A DNA stretch of 64,000 nt. Origin: Promethearchaeota archaeon (GTDB lineage: Archaea; Asgardarchaeota; Lokiarchaeia; Sigyniarchaeales; SOKP01). Shown here in pieces: positions 20,481 to 30,400 of the stretch. The first letter of the stretch is position 1, and each line of letters opens with the position of its first letter. The translations under genes were made by a program, and so were the position numbers. The stretch is taken from contig JAFGGO010000114.1 in assembly GCA_016930515.1 (NCBI GenBank), positions 1 through 64,000 on the forward strand, given 5' to 3'. The notes beneath the pieces are model-generated. The model saw only the letters and a program-made list of their open reading frames with translations, had not been told where the DNA came from and ran no database searches.

Positions 20481-21167
20481 TTACCAAATTTCGAATTTTT
20501 CGTCTAGTTGTAAACCGTATCCTTTGATTCCAAACACAAGCAAATACGGAATGACGAGATCAAAAACACTTTGATACAAATTAATGATCATAGATCCGAT
20601 AAATATCGCCATCCAACCATTAATCTCAGGCATTCCAAAAATTTCTAAATTTACAAAATCTACATATCCTTGAGTTACAATCATAAATACTGCAACATTA
20701 ACTAGAAACATTAGAAAGCACCTGACTAAAATGCTTAAAACGCTTGTAAGTGCGAAATTTTTTGGTTTTTTCAAAATTTTACTGCCATTTTCGCTTTTAT
20801 AAAGCTTTAATATTAATACCGGAACAATTATTAAAGGAATCGTTGCTGCAAATTTCATTACGGGTCCGATCCAGCCATATTGATTCGTATCAAAGGGTAA
20901 AAGGGTAAAAGCGCCTATAATCAAGCTCAAAACGCCCGCTCTTGGACCAAAAATGTAAAAACAAGCGATCCAAATTATAGCAATAAATTCAAATACCGCT
21001 ATTCCCCATCCAGGAACCCTCACCAAATAGGGCGTGGTCAATGCCGATATAATTAAACTCAAGGCTCCAAAGATTGCGGCACCAGCAATTTCTAAGGTGT
21101 ATTGTGTTCTTTTAGACCTTGTTGATTCAAATTCGTCAATTTTTTTTTCTGTTGAATTCAATGTCAT
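20481..21167 (-). CDS. ECF transporter S-component-like membrane protein
   Basis: IAGAAIFGALSLII N-terminal helix, FGPRAG motif, about 6 TM helices. Substrate not determinable. Confidence 0.7.
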   Translation of the reverse strand: MTLNSTEKKIDEFESTRSKRTQYTLEIAGAAIFGALSLIISALTTPYLVRVPGWGIAVFEFIAIIWIACFYIFGPRAGVLSLIIGAFTLLPFDTNQYGWIGPVMKFAATIPLIIVPVLILKLYKSENGSKILKKPKNFALTSVLSILVRCFLMFLVNVAVFMIVTQGYVDFVNLEIFGMPEINGWMAIFIGSMIINLYQSVFDLVIPYLLVFGIKGYGLQLDEKFEIW

Positions 21168-21443
21168 TTTTTATCGTTTTTTGATGATGTTTATTGTTAA
21201 GAAAAAAAATTAACTCAAACATATAAATACTCTCCAAAGAGTGATTTAATTATTATGTGGCTTTTTATGGGCATTTCTCCGTATTAAGAGATTCAATAAA
21301 GATTTAGGATGATTATATATACCAATTACTATTTTTTATCAAATTTATAGAATAATATTAAAATATATCAGCTTTTTTTAATAGTTGTATCTACTCATCT
21401 TTGGAGATTTATAGAGTTATAAAATATTCTTTATGTGAAGAAT

Positions 21444-22802
21444 TTATTCCGATTTTAATAATTTTTTTTCCTTAGCATCGAGCTCAAGCCAATCGCTTAA
21501 AATTTTTAGTTGTTTACGCGAGGAAGAACTCAGAGCTTGCAAAAACGGTACGAAATCTTGCATTGCTTCAAATTGCGAAATTTCATATTTTTCCTTTATT
21601 TTTTCGTACAAGCTCTCTTGGGGAGCAGTCATTGATGTCGAACTGATGTAAATTGGATTCGAAACCCTGCGAAAACCCTTGTTTGAAGCACCGTACCTGC
21701 TTGATATAGCGACCCCACCAGCAAAAAGGTCGTAAAAATACGGTAATAAACCCCAATACATGTTTTTTCGAATCCTACCAAAAATTTCATCGGCGAGAGA
21801 TAAATTTTCGTAAGCTTTTGAAAGATCCATATTATCGTAGATAAATGAGGGTATATTTTCGCTTACCCATTTATAGAGAAAATTATAATCAACATCGGAT
21901 TTATCAGTAAGGTTTCTCGCATCCCGTATAGTCGTTACATCTTGGAATAGCTGCCGAATTAAAGAAAAGATCTCTTCCATGGTATCTCTTCTCAAACTAC
22001 TTAAGAGGCTCATATCTGCTTTTTTAGCTTGACCTTGGCTAATTCCTTGAAGATCGTTGATAACTCCTCTTAAATCGCCATTATTTTTCTCAGCTATAAG
22101 ACCTAAATCGTCTTCGGTAAGACCCGTTACTTTTTCTTTGCTTAAGATCTTTTTCGCTATTTTTATTACTTCAGGCTTCGAAAGGGAGCGCACTTCAAAC
22201 CTTTGAATCTTTTTATAAAGCGTTTGAAGATTCTGCTTGTATTCATTGGAACACATAATAATAGGAAATTGAGTTTCTTGTGCAAGGTCAATAATTGCTG
22301 GGACGGCGCCTCTATCCTTATTTCCATAGATGCCATCGACCTCATCAATGAGTATGAGCTTTTTCTTAGCTTCGACAACAAAGTCCATGATCCCACGAGA
22401 TTTGGTGGTTTCCTTGAGTTTTTTTTCAAGAGCGTCCCTCGTTCTCGTGTCAGATGCGTTGGTTTCTATAACATCCATGTTCAAATCGTTTGCCAGAGCA
22501 TAAACTATTGAGGTTTTTCCAATACCTGGATCACCCTCCAGTAAAACCGCTGCTTGTTCTGATGGAAGCTTTATTTCATCTTTTTGCTTGTTGTCTGGTG
22601 CTGTATGATTATGTGTTCTTATTTTTTTATTAAGTGCGTTTATCTTACTTTTTTCAATAAAAAAATTATTAACGAACTTCGTGAGTTCTTCGGCCAAGTC
22701 GACTTGATGCCCACTTACTTTTGCTTTTGGGAGAGCCATATCCTTCAGACTTTTCGGACGATATTTTTCTACCCAAGGAATATTGGTTTTAAGATTTGAC
22801 AT
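21444..22802 (-). CDS. rfcL: Replication factor C large subunit
   Basis: PWVEKYRPKSL, GDPGIGKT, NASDTRT, LILIDEVDG, NGDLRGVINDLQ, LSLADEIFGRI...W.LLPY. Start reassigned to MSNLK (22802) to remove the overlap with the upstream gene. Confidence 0.92.
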   Translation of the reverse strand: MSNLKTNIPWVEKYRPKSLKDMALPKAKVSGHQVDLAEELTKFVNNFFIEKSKINALNKKIRTHNHTAPDNKQKDEIKLPSEQAAVLLEGDPGIGKTSIVYALANDLNMDVIETNASDTRTRDALEKKLKETTKSRGIMDFVVEAKKKLILIDEVDGIYGNKDRGAVPAIIDLAQETQFPIIMCSNEYKQNLQTLYKKIQRFEVRSLSKPEVIKIAKKILSKEKVTGLTEDDLGLIAEKNNGDLRGVINDLQGISQGQAKKADMSLLSSLRRDTMEEIFSLIRQLFQDVTTIRDARNLTDKSDVDYNFLYKWVSENIPSFIYDNMDLSKAYENLSLADEIFGRIRKNMYWGLLPYFYDLFAGGVAISSRYGASNKGFRRVSNPIYISSTSMTAPQESLYEKIKEKYEISQFEAMQDFVPFLQALSSSSRKQLKILSDWLELDAKEKKLLKSE

Positions 22803-22815
22803 TCTAGCTAATACC

Positions 22816-23862
22816 TCATAAATATTCTGAAAACAAGCATAGTTTGGACAAGAGTGCTGAAACTTGAATATCACCATCTTGACCATCAATCGCTCGAAAG
22901 TCAGCCTCAGCAATCATCTTGATGATCTCACATCGAGCGTAATTATTCAAAGGAAGTTTTTCCAATTCGATAATTAAATGTGAGAATAACTCGTTCGAGT
23001 TAAATCGATAATTCGTTAATATAGTCCGACCAAGTTGTCTAGATTTTTTGAAATCACCTCTTAAGACCATCAATAAGAGGCTTCTTACTAGGTCTTTTTT
23101 GAATTTTTGAGAATTTTCAAAAAGAGTGTTAAGATCTATAGTATCGTTACTCACGCTACAGAGTTGGAGCAAGTCCAATGCCTTGGAAGGTTTCCCTTGG
23201 CATAATTTGTATAAAACAGGAATTACATCTTCTTTTATGTCTAAAGTTTCGTTGCGAGCCACATTTTTAACCATGAGATTAAATGATTTGTAATCCATCT
23301 GAGGGATTAAAAACAATTGACACCTACTTACGATTGGATCGATTATGGCAGATATTTTTGATGTGATTAGAATCATCCGACAATTCGATCCATATGTTTC
23401 CATTAATCTCCTGAACGCTTGCTGGTTAGACCCTAATGATTCAAAGTTTTTTACAATCAGAATCTTGAAAGGAGCGCCCATAACTTTTAATTGCACGAAC
23501 GGTTTAACTTTCACTTGAATAAAAGCGGGGGAAGTCATTGTTTTTCCAGCGGTGCTTCCAATCTTGCTTTTTGAGACGTAAGCTTCAGCTCGGGCTTGGT
23601 TTCGTTCTTCATCGGTCAAGGGTACATTCGCGTAAACAAGTTTTGAATTTGCTTCATGATACTTTCCTAAAAATTGTTTCGCAAATAACATTGCAAGAGT
23701 TGTCTTTCCTATTCCTTCCGAGCCTACAAATAAAAGATGTGGAAAGTTTTGTTGTTTTATTAGATCTTGAAGTTTAGTCTTGATCTCGTCCTGTCCAGGG
23801 ACGTTATCTATGGTTTGGGGCATGTATTTGATTCTCCAAATTGGAACGCTCACTTTTATCAT
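22816..23862 (-). CDS. RFC small subunit paralog 2 with degenerate Walker B
   Basis: WRIKYMP, PHLLFVGSEGIGKTT, QQAFRRLME, IIDPIVSRC. Walker B reads KILIVKNFESL instead of DEAD. Confidence 0.88.
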   Translation of the reverse strand: MIKVSVPIWRIKYMPQTIDNVPGQDEIKTKLQDLIKQQNFPHLLFVGSEGIGKTTLAMLFAKQFLGKYHEANSKLVYANVPLTDEERNQARAEAYVSKSKIGSTAGKTMTSPAFIQVKVKPFVQLKVMGAPFKILIVKNFESLGSNQQAFRRLMETYGSNCRMILITSKISAIIDPIVSRCQLFLIPQMDYKSFNLMVKNVARNETLDIKEDVIPVLYKLCQGKPSKALDLLQLCSVSNDTIDLNTLFENSQKFKKDLVRSLLLMVLRGDFKKSRQLGRTILTNYRFNSNELFSHLIIELEKLPLNNYARCEIIKMIAEADFRAIDGQDGDIQVSALLSKLCLFSEYL

Positions 23863-24858
23863 TCACCTTAAAGGTTTCTTGTTGATTTTTTGTATGATTG
23901 TTGCCAACAATGCCATAAGCTGTATCTTGTCATCAGCACCTTGGTTTATGTTATAATCAGCGTCTCCAAACTTTTTTCGAATTTCTGCCTCTCCTTTAAA
24001 GTCAATTCCAGAAATATTTGATAATTCGTTTAAAATTTGCCTGATTAGATTCCTACTATCTAAATTTTCTAAAGTATTAATGATATTTTTTACAGCGTTG
24101 ATGTTTTTAGCTTCCAGTTCTTGAACGATCTTTAACAACGATTTTTGATCAATAAATCCCGAGATTTTTAGAATTTCTCCCAAATCCAAATCTTTAATCA
24201 AATCAAGAGCCACTGACATTTGCAACGTGTTAATCGCTTTCCTGAGATCTCCTCCAGATACAAAGAATAAAGCTTGAAAAAATTGTTCCTTTTGGCTTGA
24301 TGGAATTGTTAATTTTTCTGATTTTACCACCTGTTCAAGCCGTTCCACGATTTTTTCTTGTGTTAAGGTAACGAATCGAAACACTGCACAACGAGAAATG
24401 ATCGGATCTATTATCCTATTAATATAATTGCACATTAAAATGAATTTAACTCTAGAAGAACTATTCTCAATTATTCTTCGAAGTGCTTGTTGGACTTGAG
24501 TTGGAATATTGTCAGCTTCGTCTAAAAGAATGATTTTTAGAGAATTCTCACCCATAATGACACCTTGATTCGTGAATTCTTTAATCACATCGCGGACTAA
24601 TTCCATCCGGACAGTATCCGAAGCATTTAATTCAAGGACATTTTTATAGTAATCTTCCTTATTTATCAGAGATCTTGCCACTATTAACGCTGTACTTGTT
24701 TTACCCGTACCTGCGGGTCCTGTGAAAATCATGTGAGGCATTTCTCTGCTTTCTACGAAATTTTTCAAGTTATTGATTGCAATACTCTGGCTTACGATAT
24801 CGTCAAAAGATCGAGGCCTGTATTTCTCAACCCATGGAATGTCCAAATCAATAGTCAT
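23863..24858 (-). CDS. rfcS: Replication factor C small subunit
   Basis: PWVEKYRP, GPAGTGKT, LELNASD, LDEAD, QQALRR, IIDPIISRC, GDLRKAINTLQ. Confidence 0.95.
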   Translation of the reverse strand: MTIDLDIPWVEKYRPRSFDDIVSQSIAINNLKNFVESREMPHMIFTGPAGTGKTSTALIVARSLINKEDYYKNVLELNASDTVRMELVRDVIKEFTNQGVIMGENSLKIILLDEADNIPTQVQQALRRIIENSSSRVKFILMCNYINRIIDPIISRCAVFRFVTLTQEKIVERLEQVVKSEKLTIPSSQKEQFFQALFFVSGGDLRKAINTLQMSVALDLIKDLDLGEILKISGFIDQKSLLKIVQELEAKNINAVKNIINTLENLDSRNLIRQILNELSNISGIDFKGEAEIRKKFGDADYNINQGADDKIQLMALLATIIQKINKKPLR

Positions 24859-25063
24859 TTTTTATCACATTCTAACAATTAATGAAGAAAAGAAAGGAAT
24901 CAATTTATAATTAGGTGAGAATGAGATGATTTTATAATTTCTATTTAGGATTTAATATTTAATCGTTTATGGTTAATATTGAAGAGAGTATATAATTATA
25001 TTAAACAAAGAAACATGTACTGAAGGGAATTATTAGAAATTTCACCTCATAAATAACTGATGC

Positions 25064-25573
25064 CTATTTATTTTCTTCTTCTTGATTACCCTCGTAATCC
25101 TCGAGATCTAATTCTAAAACTTCGTAAACTTTTTTAAAATGCGTTTTTTTATACAATTCTGCTGCCTTGGTCGCCCTACTTTTTAAATTAACTTTTACTT
25201 TCTGGACTTTTACCTTTTTTAAGTGTTCAAGCGCTTTATTTAGGAGAATGCGCCCAAGTCCGATTCCTCGATATTCGGATTTTAGAAAAACTTGCTTTAT
25301 ATAACCCTCAGAATCACCGTAGGGATCTATACGGAGTTCGGCAACTATCATGCCAACTACCTCGTTGTTTTTATCCTTGTCTTTGGCAATTAGAATGCCG
25401 TGTCGCTGAAGAGGATCGTATAATCTTCTTCTAATACCCCAATCAAATCGTTTTGGTTCAAATTCTTGATCCAAGTCTTCGACTAATTGCTTCGTTAAAT
25501 CCTTCAAGGCTTCAATGTCGTCGGGAGTCGCAATATCCACTTCAATATTTCCGTCCATATCAATACATCGCAA
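25064..25573 (-). CDS. GNAT-family N-acetyltransferase
   Basis: VFLKSEYRGIGLGRILL acetyl-CoA motif A and AAELYKKTHF motif B. True start may be MDGNI, a few codons downstream. Confidence 0.88.
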   Translation of the reverse strand: MRCIDMDGNIEVDIATPDDIEALKDLTKQLVEDLDQEFEPKRFDWGIRRRLYDPLQRHGILIAKDKDKNNEVVGMIVAELRIDPYGDSEGYIKQVFLKSEYRGIGLGRILLNKALEHLKKVKVQKVKVNLKSRATKAAELYKKTHFKKVYEVLELDLEDYEGNQEEENK

Positions 25574-25749
25574 GTTGTAATATTATTGTATATGATGAAA
25601 TTGTATTCGTTTATTCTTTATAAAGTTACATTAGACATGTTATAATATCATTAAAATGAACAATCTTCTAATAACGGTTTCGATTCTAAGCTTATCGCAT
25701 GTTAAAATAAGAAAGAGAAAAATGAATGAAATATCGATTATTTCCTTTT

Positions 25750-26049
25750 TTAAGGATGTCCCCTGGCAATCCACGCTTTTATTTCTTCGTTCAAGGCGTT
25801 ACATGATGGACATGTATCGGTTACACCCCATAAATCGGTGGAAAGATGGACGCGAGTAAAAAGATTTCCGCATTTATCACAAGTAATATACTTGGCACCA
25901 CATTTTTCGCACATCTTTAGGTTGTCGCCGCGTACGAAAGGAAATTTTCTTTTTAAAATCGAGTCGTTTACCAAACGGAATTCGGATCCACCACATTCCA
26001 CACAATTTATCCCATCAAACGCCATATCTCGTCCCCGGTTGTTGTACAT
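25750..26049 (-). CDS. Small multi-CxxC Zn-binding protein, paralog B
   Basis: CVEC, CEKC, CDKC, CPSC. Likely start at MAFDG (26022), downstream of a G-rich SD-like element. Confidence 0.8.
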   Translation of the reverse strand: MYNNRGRDMAFDGINCVECGGSEFRLVNDSILKRKFPFVRGDNLKMCEKCGAKYITCDKCGNLFTRVHLSTDLWGVTDTCPSCNALNEEIKAWIARGHP

Positions 26050-26052
26050 GAA

Positions 26053-26316
26053 CTAAGATGTCGATATGAAGAAATCTACATCTGGATCCTTATGACCACA
26101 GGAAGGGCATTGCAAATTTACCTCCCAGCTTTCAAGACCCGGGTGCACTCGAGTATATAATCCTTGACATTGTTTGCAAACGAGATATTTAGCACCACAA
26201 CCTGCGCACATCGTTAATTGTCCATTTTCAACAAAGCGGAAGGTTCTTTTCATCCACTCGTCATGGACGAGCGAAAAACTTGTTCCACCGCACGCATCGC
26301 ATACCTTATCTGGCAT
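26053..26316 (-). CDS. Small multi-CxxC Zn-binding protein, paralog A
   Basis: CDAC, CAGC, CKQC, CPSC. Aligns without gaps to the downstream ORF (CGG.F.LV.D, CGAKY..C..C, TRVH, W.V...CPSC). Confidence 0.85.
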   Translation of the reverse strand: MPDKVCDACGGTSFSLVHDEWMKRTFRFVENGQLTMCAGCGAKYLVCKQCQGLYTRVHPGLESWEVNLQCPSCGHKDPDVDFFISTS

Positions 26317-26585
26317 TGTTTCGTTTCACATTTAATTGTGTTTTTTTTATAGTAATATTATAGCGTAAATGTTTTTTAACTTTAGGGTTTAGATCGTTTT
26401 TACGATAATAAGAAGCGTGGATCGATTAAGATGGGGATTATTTCTGATATGCCTTCTTCTTATTTTATTTCAAAGTCAGTTTTAAAAATCTAAATTTTTT
26501 AAGCGCATAAAACAAATATTAAGAACTTGAAAATCTTTCCAATTAGCGGATCTTATCATAAATAAGAATTTAAAAAAAAAACGAA

Positions 26586-26909
26586 TCACATGTTTAGTTT
26601 CTTAGTTGCACCAGCACCTTTAATTTCAGGATTGACTTCTTCAATTTCTCCAATGAGTTGAAAAACTTTATCATCAGATAAAGCTTCAGAATACTTGACA
26701 AGAAATTCCTTATTCCCAACAAATAACCCCTTTCGTTTTAAGGGCTTTCCATCGTCTTTTAGGGGATTTACCTCTAAATAGAGCAACGCGGGTCTAGATT
26801 TAGTTGGGGGTACTTTAACCACAAACACACCAGGTACAGGCGTTTCCATCTTTTCCCAATCTTTACCTTTTTCGAGATGATCTTTTAATTGTGTTTTAAT
26901 ATCAACCAT
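26586..26909 (-). CDS. Conserved archaeal hypothetical protein
   Basis: DWEKMETPVPGVFVVKVP...LEVNP...GKPLKRKGL resembles an uncharacterised archaeal family; function unknown. Confidence 0.75.
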   Translation of the reverse strand: MVDIKTQLKDHLEKGKDWEKMETPVPGVFVVKVPPTKSRPALLYLEVNPLKDDGKPLKRKGLFVGNKEFLVKYSEALSDDKVFQLIGEIEEVNPEIKGAGATKKLNM

Positions 26910-27213
26910 AGTTAATTCATATAATTTTTTATATATGTATATGGTGTTACGTATATGATGTAATAAATATTTTTTGGTGAATAAAAAAATAAAAAAAAAT
27001 CTTTTGTACGATCCATGGCTTTAAAGAGAACGAGAAGCAAGGATTGAGAGTCTTTTACTTGAATTGCTTCTTAAAGACGATATTCGTATCATTTGGTAAT
27101 TATTATTCTTTTGTCGGGCTTCTTGGGGTCTTTTTCCATTGAAATGCTTAAATATCACCTTAATATATATAAATGTAAGGTATTAAAAACAATTAAAATG
27201 GAGTGATAAAAAA

Positions 27214-27432
27214 ATGCAATTAATTAGCGTCAACATTCCCGAATCTTACTTAAAGGTATTGGAAATGTTAGTAATAGACGGTAAATTTCCAAATAGAAGC
27301 GAAGCGATTAGGATTGCTATCCGCGATCTAATAAAAACCGAGTTTCTAATTGACGAAACGATTAAGAAAAGCGAGAATTCTTATATTAAAATTGAAAGCG
27401 AAGAAATTCAGCAAGAGAACCTAGTTTTTTGA
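27214..27432 (+). CDS. Ribbon-helix-helix (CopG/CdrS-like) regulator
   Basis: MQLISVNIP...LEMLV..GKFPNRSEAIRIAIRDLI; SD GGAGTG. Confidence 0.88.
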   Translation: MQLISVNIPESYLKVLEMLVIDGKFPNRSEAIRIAIRDLIKTEFLIDETIKKSENSYIKIESEEIQQENLVF

Positions 27433-27445
27433 TGAAATAAATAAT

Positions 27446-30400
27446 TTATTCTTTTTTGTTCCCTTTTAATAATTCTCTAATCCTTTTTTCTCTTTCAGAT
27501 CTTCTTGCTTCAATTCTTTCCTTAAGTAAATCTCCAGAGATGGAATCTTCTTCTTTATCAATAACTTTTGTTTCGGAAATAACATTCTCTGTTTCTTCTC
27601 CCATTCGTTTCTTATATTTTTTTATGAGGTCGTTAATATTTTGGAGGAATTCCTCGTTTTTGGGTAATTTTATAGATTCAAGGTTATATTTAGCTTCTAT
27701 TAATTGCGAAACGGCTTTCATTGTTCGATTTCGGTATAAAGATATATTTGCTCTATCTAAAGCTTTGTAAGCATCCTCAAATTTATCGAGATTTTCGTTG
27801 TTTTCTGGCGTCTTTATTGTTATTATCGGAACCAAGCTCTTGGTATTTAAATCAGAGATTAATTTTTTTAGTCGTATCACTTCCGTGTGTCTATTCTGGC
27901 CTTTAAAAACTTCAATCAATTTTTTTAAAATTAATATAGCCTCGTTATATTTTAAATTGTCGATTGCCGAGTATGCAACTTCCAATCCTTCTTCAGTATT
28001 GCTTTCAAAGACTTTTGTCTTCTTAATGCTTTCTTTTGGTGCGGTTTTAGACTGTTTTAATAGTTCATTCCTCTGTCTTTTTTCCCTTGTAGTTTTCTGT
28101 CTAAGTAATATCAATTTTTCGTATCTTTTTTGTTCCCTCATCACTTTTAATAACAAATCACTATTTATTCTCGAAACTTCAAGTTGCCAACCAATATTCT
28201 TGAATAGATCGCGAGCATTAATGTATTTTTCTGTAGCCTCCTTAAACTGTTTTTTGTTCAAGAGTTCAGTTCCTTTTTCTAGTAATGCGTAAGCTTCGTC
28301 AGAAATCTCTTTTTCCTGTACTTTCTCTCTTTGTTTTTGAAGAATGATATTTCTTTTATTTTCTTCCTCTAATATATTACGTTCTTTAACTTTTTGGAGG
28401 TGATCGTCAAGCTGATTTTTTACTTTTTCCTTTCTCTCTTGTATTTGTTGCTTTAATTTGTTTTCGCGTTCTAATTTTTTAATTTTTTCTTTTATAGCTA
28501 GGATTGACTCTTTTACCATAGATATACCTTCTTTCCACTCTATCTCTCTTAAAATCACCTCACTTTCTTCGTATAAACTGATTGCCACATGATAATTACC
28601 TTGAACGAGTTCTCTCTTTCCCTGATCCATAAGTAGTAGGGCTTTATCCCTTTTTTCTCTTTTTTCCCGTTGTTTTTGCTCCTGAAACTCTATTTCTTCC
28701 TTCTTTTTACGTTCTATCTCGAGTTTTTCTAATTCTTGTCTCCTCCGTTCAAGTTGCCTCTGTTGAGCGTTTGATTGTTCGACTTTTTGCATTTCTAATT
28801 TTCTCAAGCGTTCATCCCTTTTTTTCTTGTCTTTATAAAACTTGATGGTCGTAATCAATCTGTTTGCCTCCTCGGTCCAATGAATATCGAGAAAAATTCT
28901 TCGAGCTTCCCGATAATTTGAAATAATACCATCAAATGGACTTTCGAGGCTCAAGATGTCCTTTTTCAGCGAAGCTTCGTACAATTTTGCATTAGTTTCG
29001 GCTTCATCTATTAATTTCATTGCTTTTTCCGCCTTCTCGCGCTCAAATACCTTATTTACGACTTGCTTTTCCACAACCGGTTGTTTAACTTGTGATTGAA
29101 CCCTATATGACTCTGCAAATTCCTTGTCTCTTTGTGCTTTTCTCGCTTCTATTTGGCGTAACTTATTGTCTTGTTCTATTTTCGTTTTATAATGCTTTAT
29201 TGATCCATGATAAGCAAGCGCTTGCTGTTCCAATCCTTTTTCCTTTAATAATTGTTGTATATTCCGATAGATTTCGATTATTTTTTCATATGGTCTTTCT
29301 ATAAAATTCTTTTTTTTAAGTGCTAAAGTATATTCCCTATCCATTTTCTCGATTTGCCTGACCATTTCGTCGATTTTACTATTGAAGTCCTGTTCCTCAG
29401 CTTCCTCTTTTCTCATCTTTTCGAGAACATCCATTTTTTTCTCAAATTCCGCGAGATGGGCCTCAATATTTTCCATAGTTTTGATTTCTTCTTGCTCCTT
29501 TTTAGCATCGTTTTGTATCTTTTGATCTTGGATTTCTCTTAATTTATTGTCTTTTTGTATTTTCTCTTTGTATAAACGTATTGGATTGTTATAAATAGAT
29601 GCTGCTTGGTTCAATCCTTTTTCAACGAACATTTTTTGAATCGTTTGATAGATATCAATAATTTCTGGGTAAGGACAAGCAACGAAATTTCCTTTTTTAA
29701 GCTCTAACTCGTAATTCCTATCCATTTTTTGGACTTTATCCAATAATTCATTCACGCTATTTTCAATAGAAAAGTCTTCTTCCCGAACCAGAGGTTTATA
29801 TTCGGGTAAATCTGATTGTTGATTAATATCTTCAATTGAAACGTTAGTTTTATGCATTTCTTCGATTTCTCTTTCGCGTAAAATCTTTTTTTCTTCAATT
29901 ACTCTTAAATTTTCATCTTTTTCTAATTTTTGATGATAAATTTTAATTTGATTCATATATGGTTCGATTAAATCGTTCCAACCTCTTTCAATAAGCATTT
30001 GTTTTATATCTGAATATATTTTGATTGCTTCTTGATAGGGTGCCTCAATTGTATCTAATGCCGTTTTCACATCTTTTCTTAGGGCAGTCTCATATTCCCT
30101 TACTTTTTTCTCAATAGATTCAACCATTTTTGAAATCTTTTCTTCGAAAATGCGGTCTTCCTGTTTCTTGCTCTCTGCCTCTAAAGCACTTTGAATTCTT
30201 TCTTCTTCCATTGGAAGGAGAATCTCTTGATCGAGTGGAGGAGATTCGATTTTAGTTGATTCTTCAATCTCTTCAATTGTAGTTTCTTCCAATGGTATAG
30301 CTTCAGGCTCAATCTTTGGTTTTTCAACATTTAAACTTGCTTTAACTCGTTTTATTTCGTCTAATGCCTTTTCGATCTTAGCAATTTCGTGCCCCCAATT

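Noticed and set aside
22803-22913. N-terminal extension of rfcL in the ORF track
   Set aside because: It overlaps the upstream RFC gene by about 100 nt, and the conserved PWVEKYRP follows the Met at 22802.
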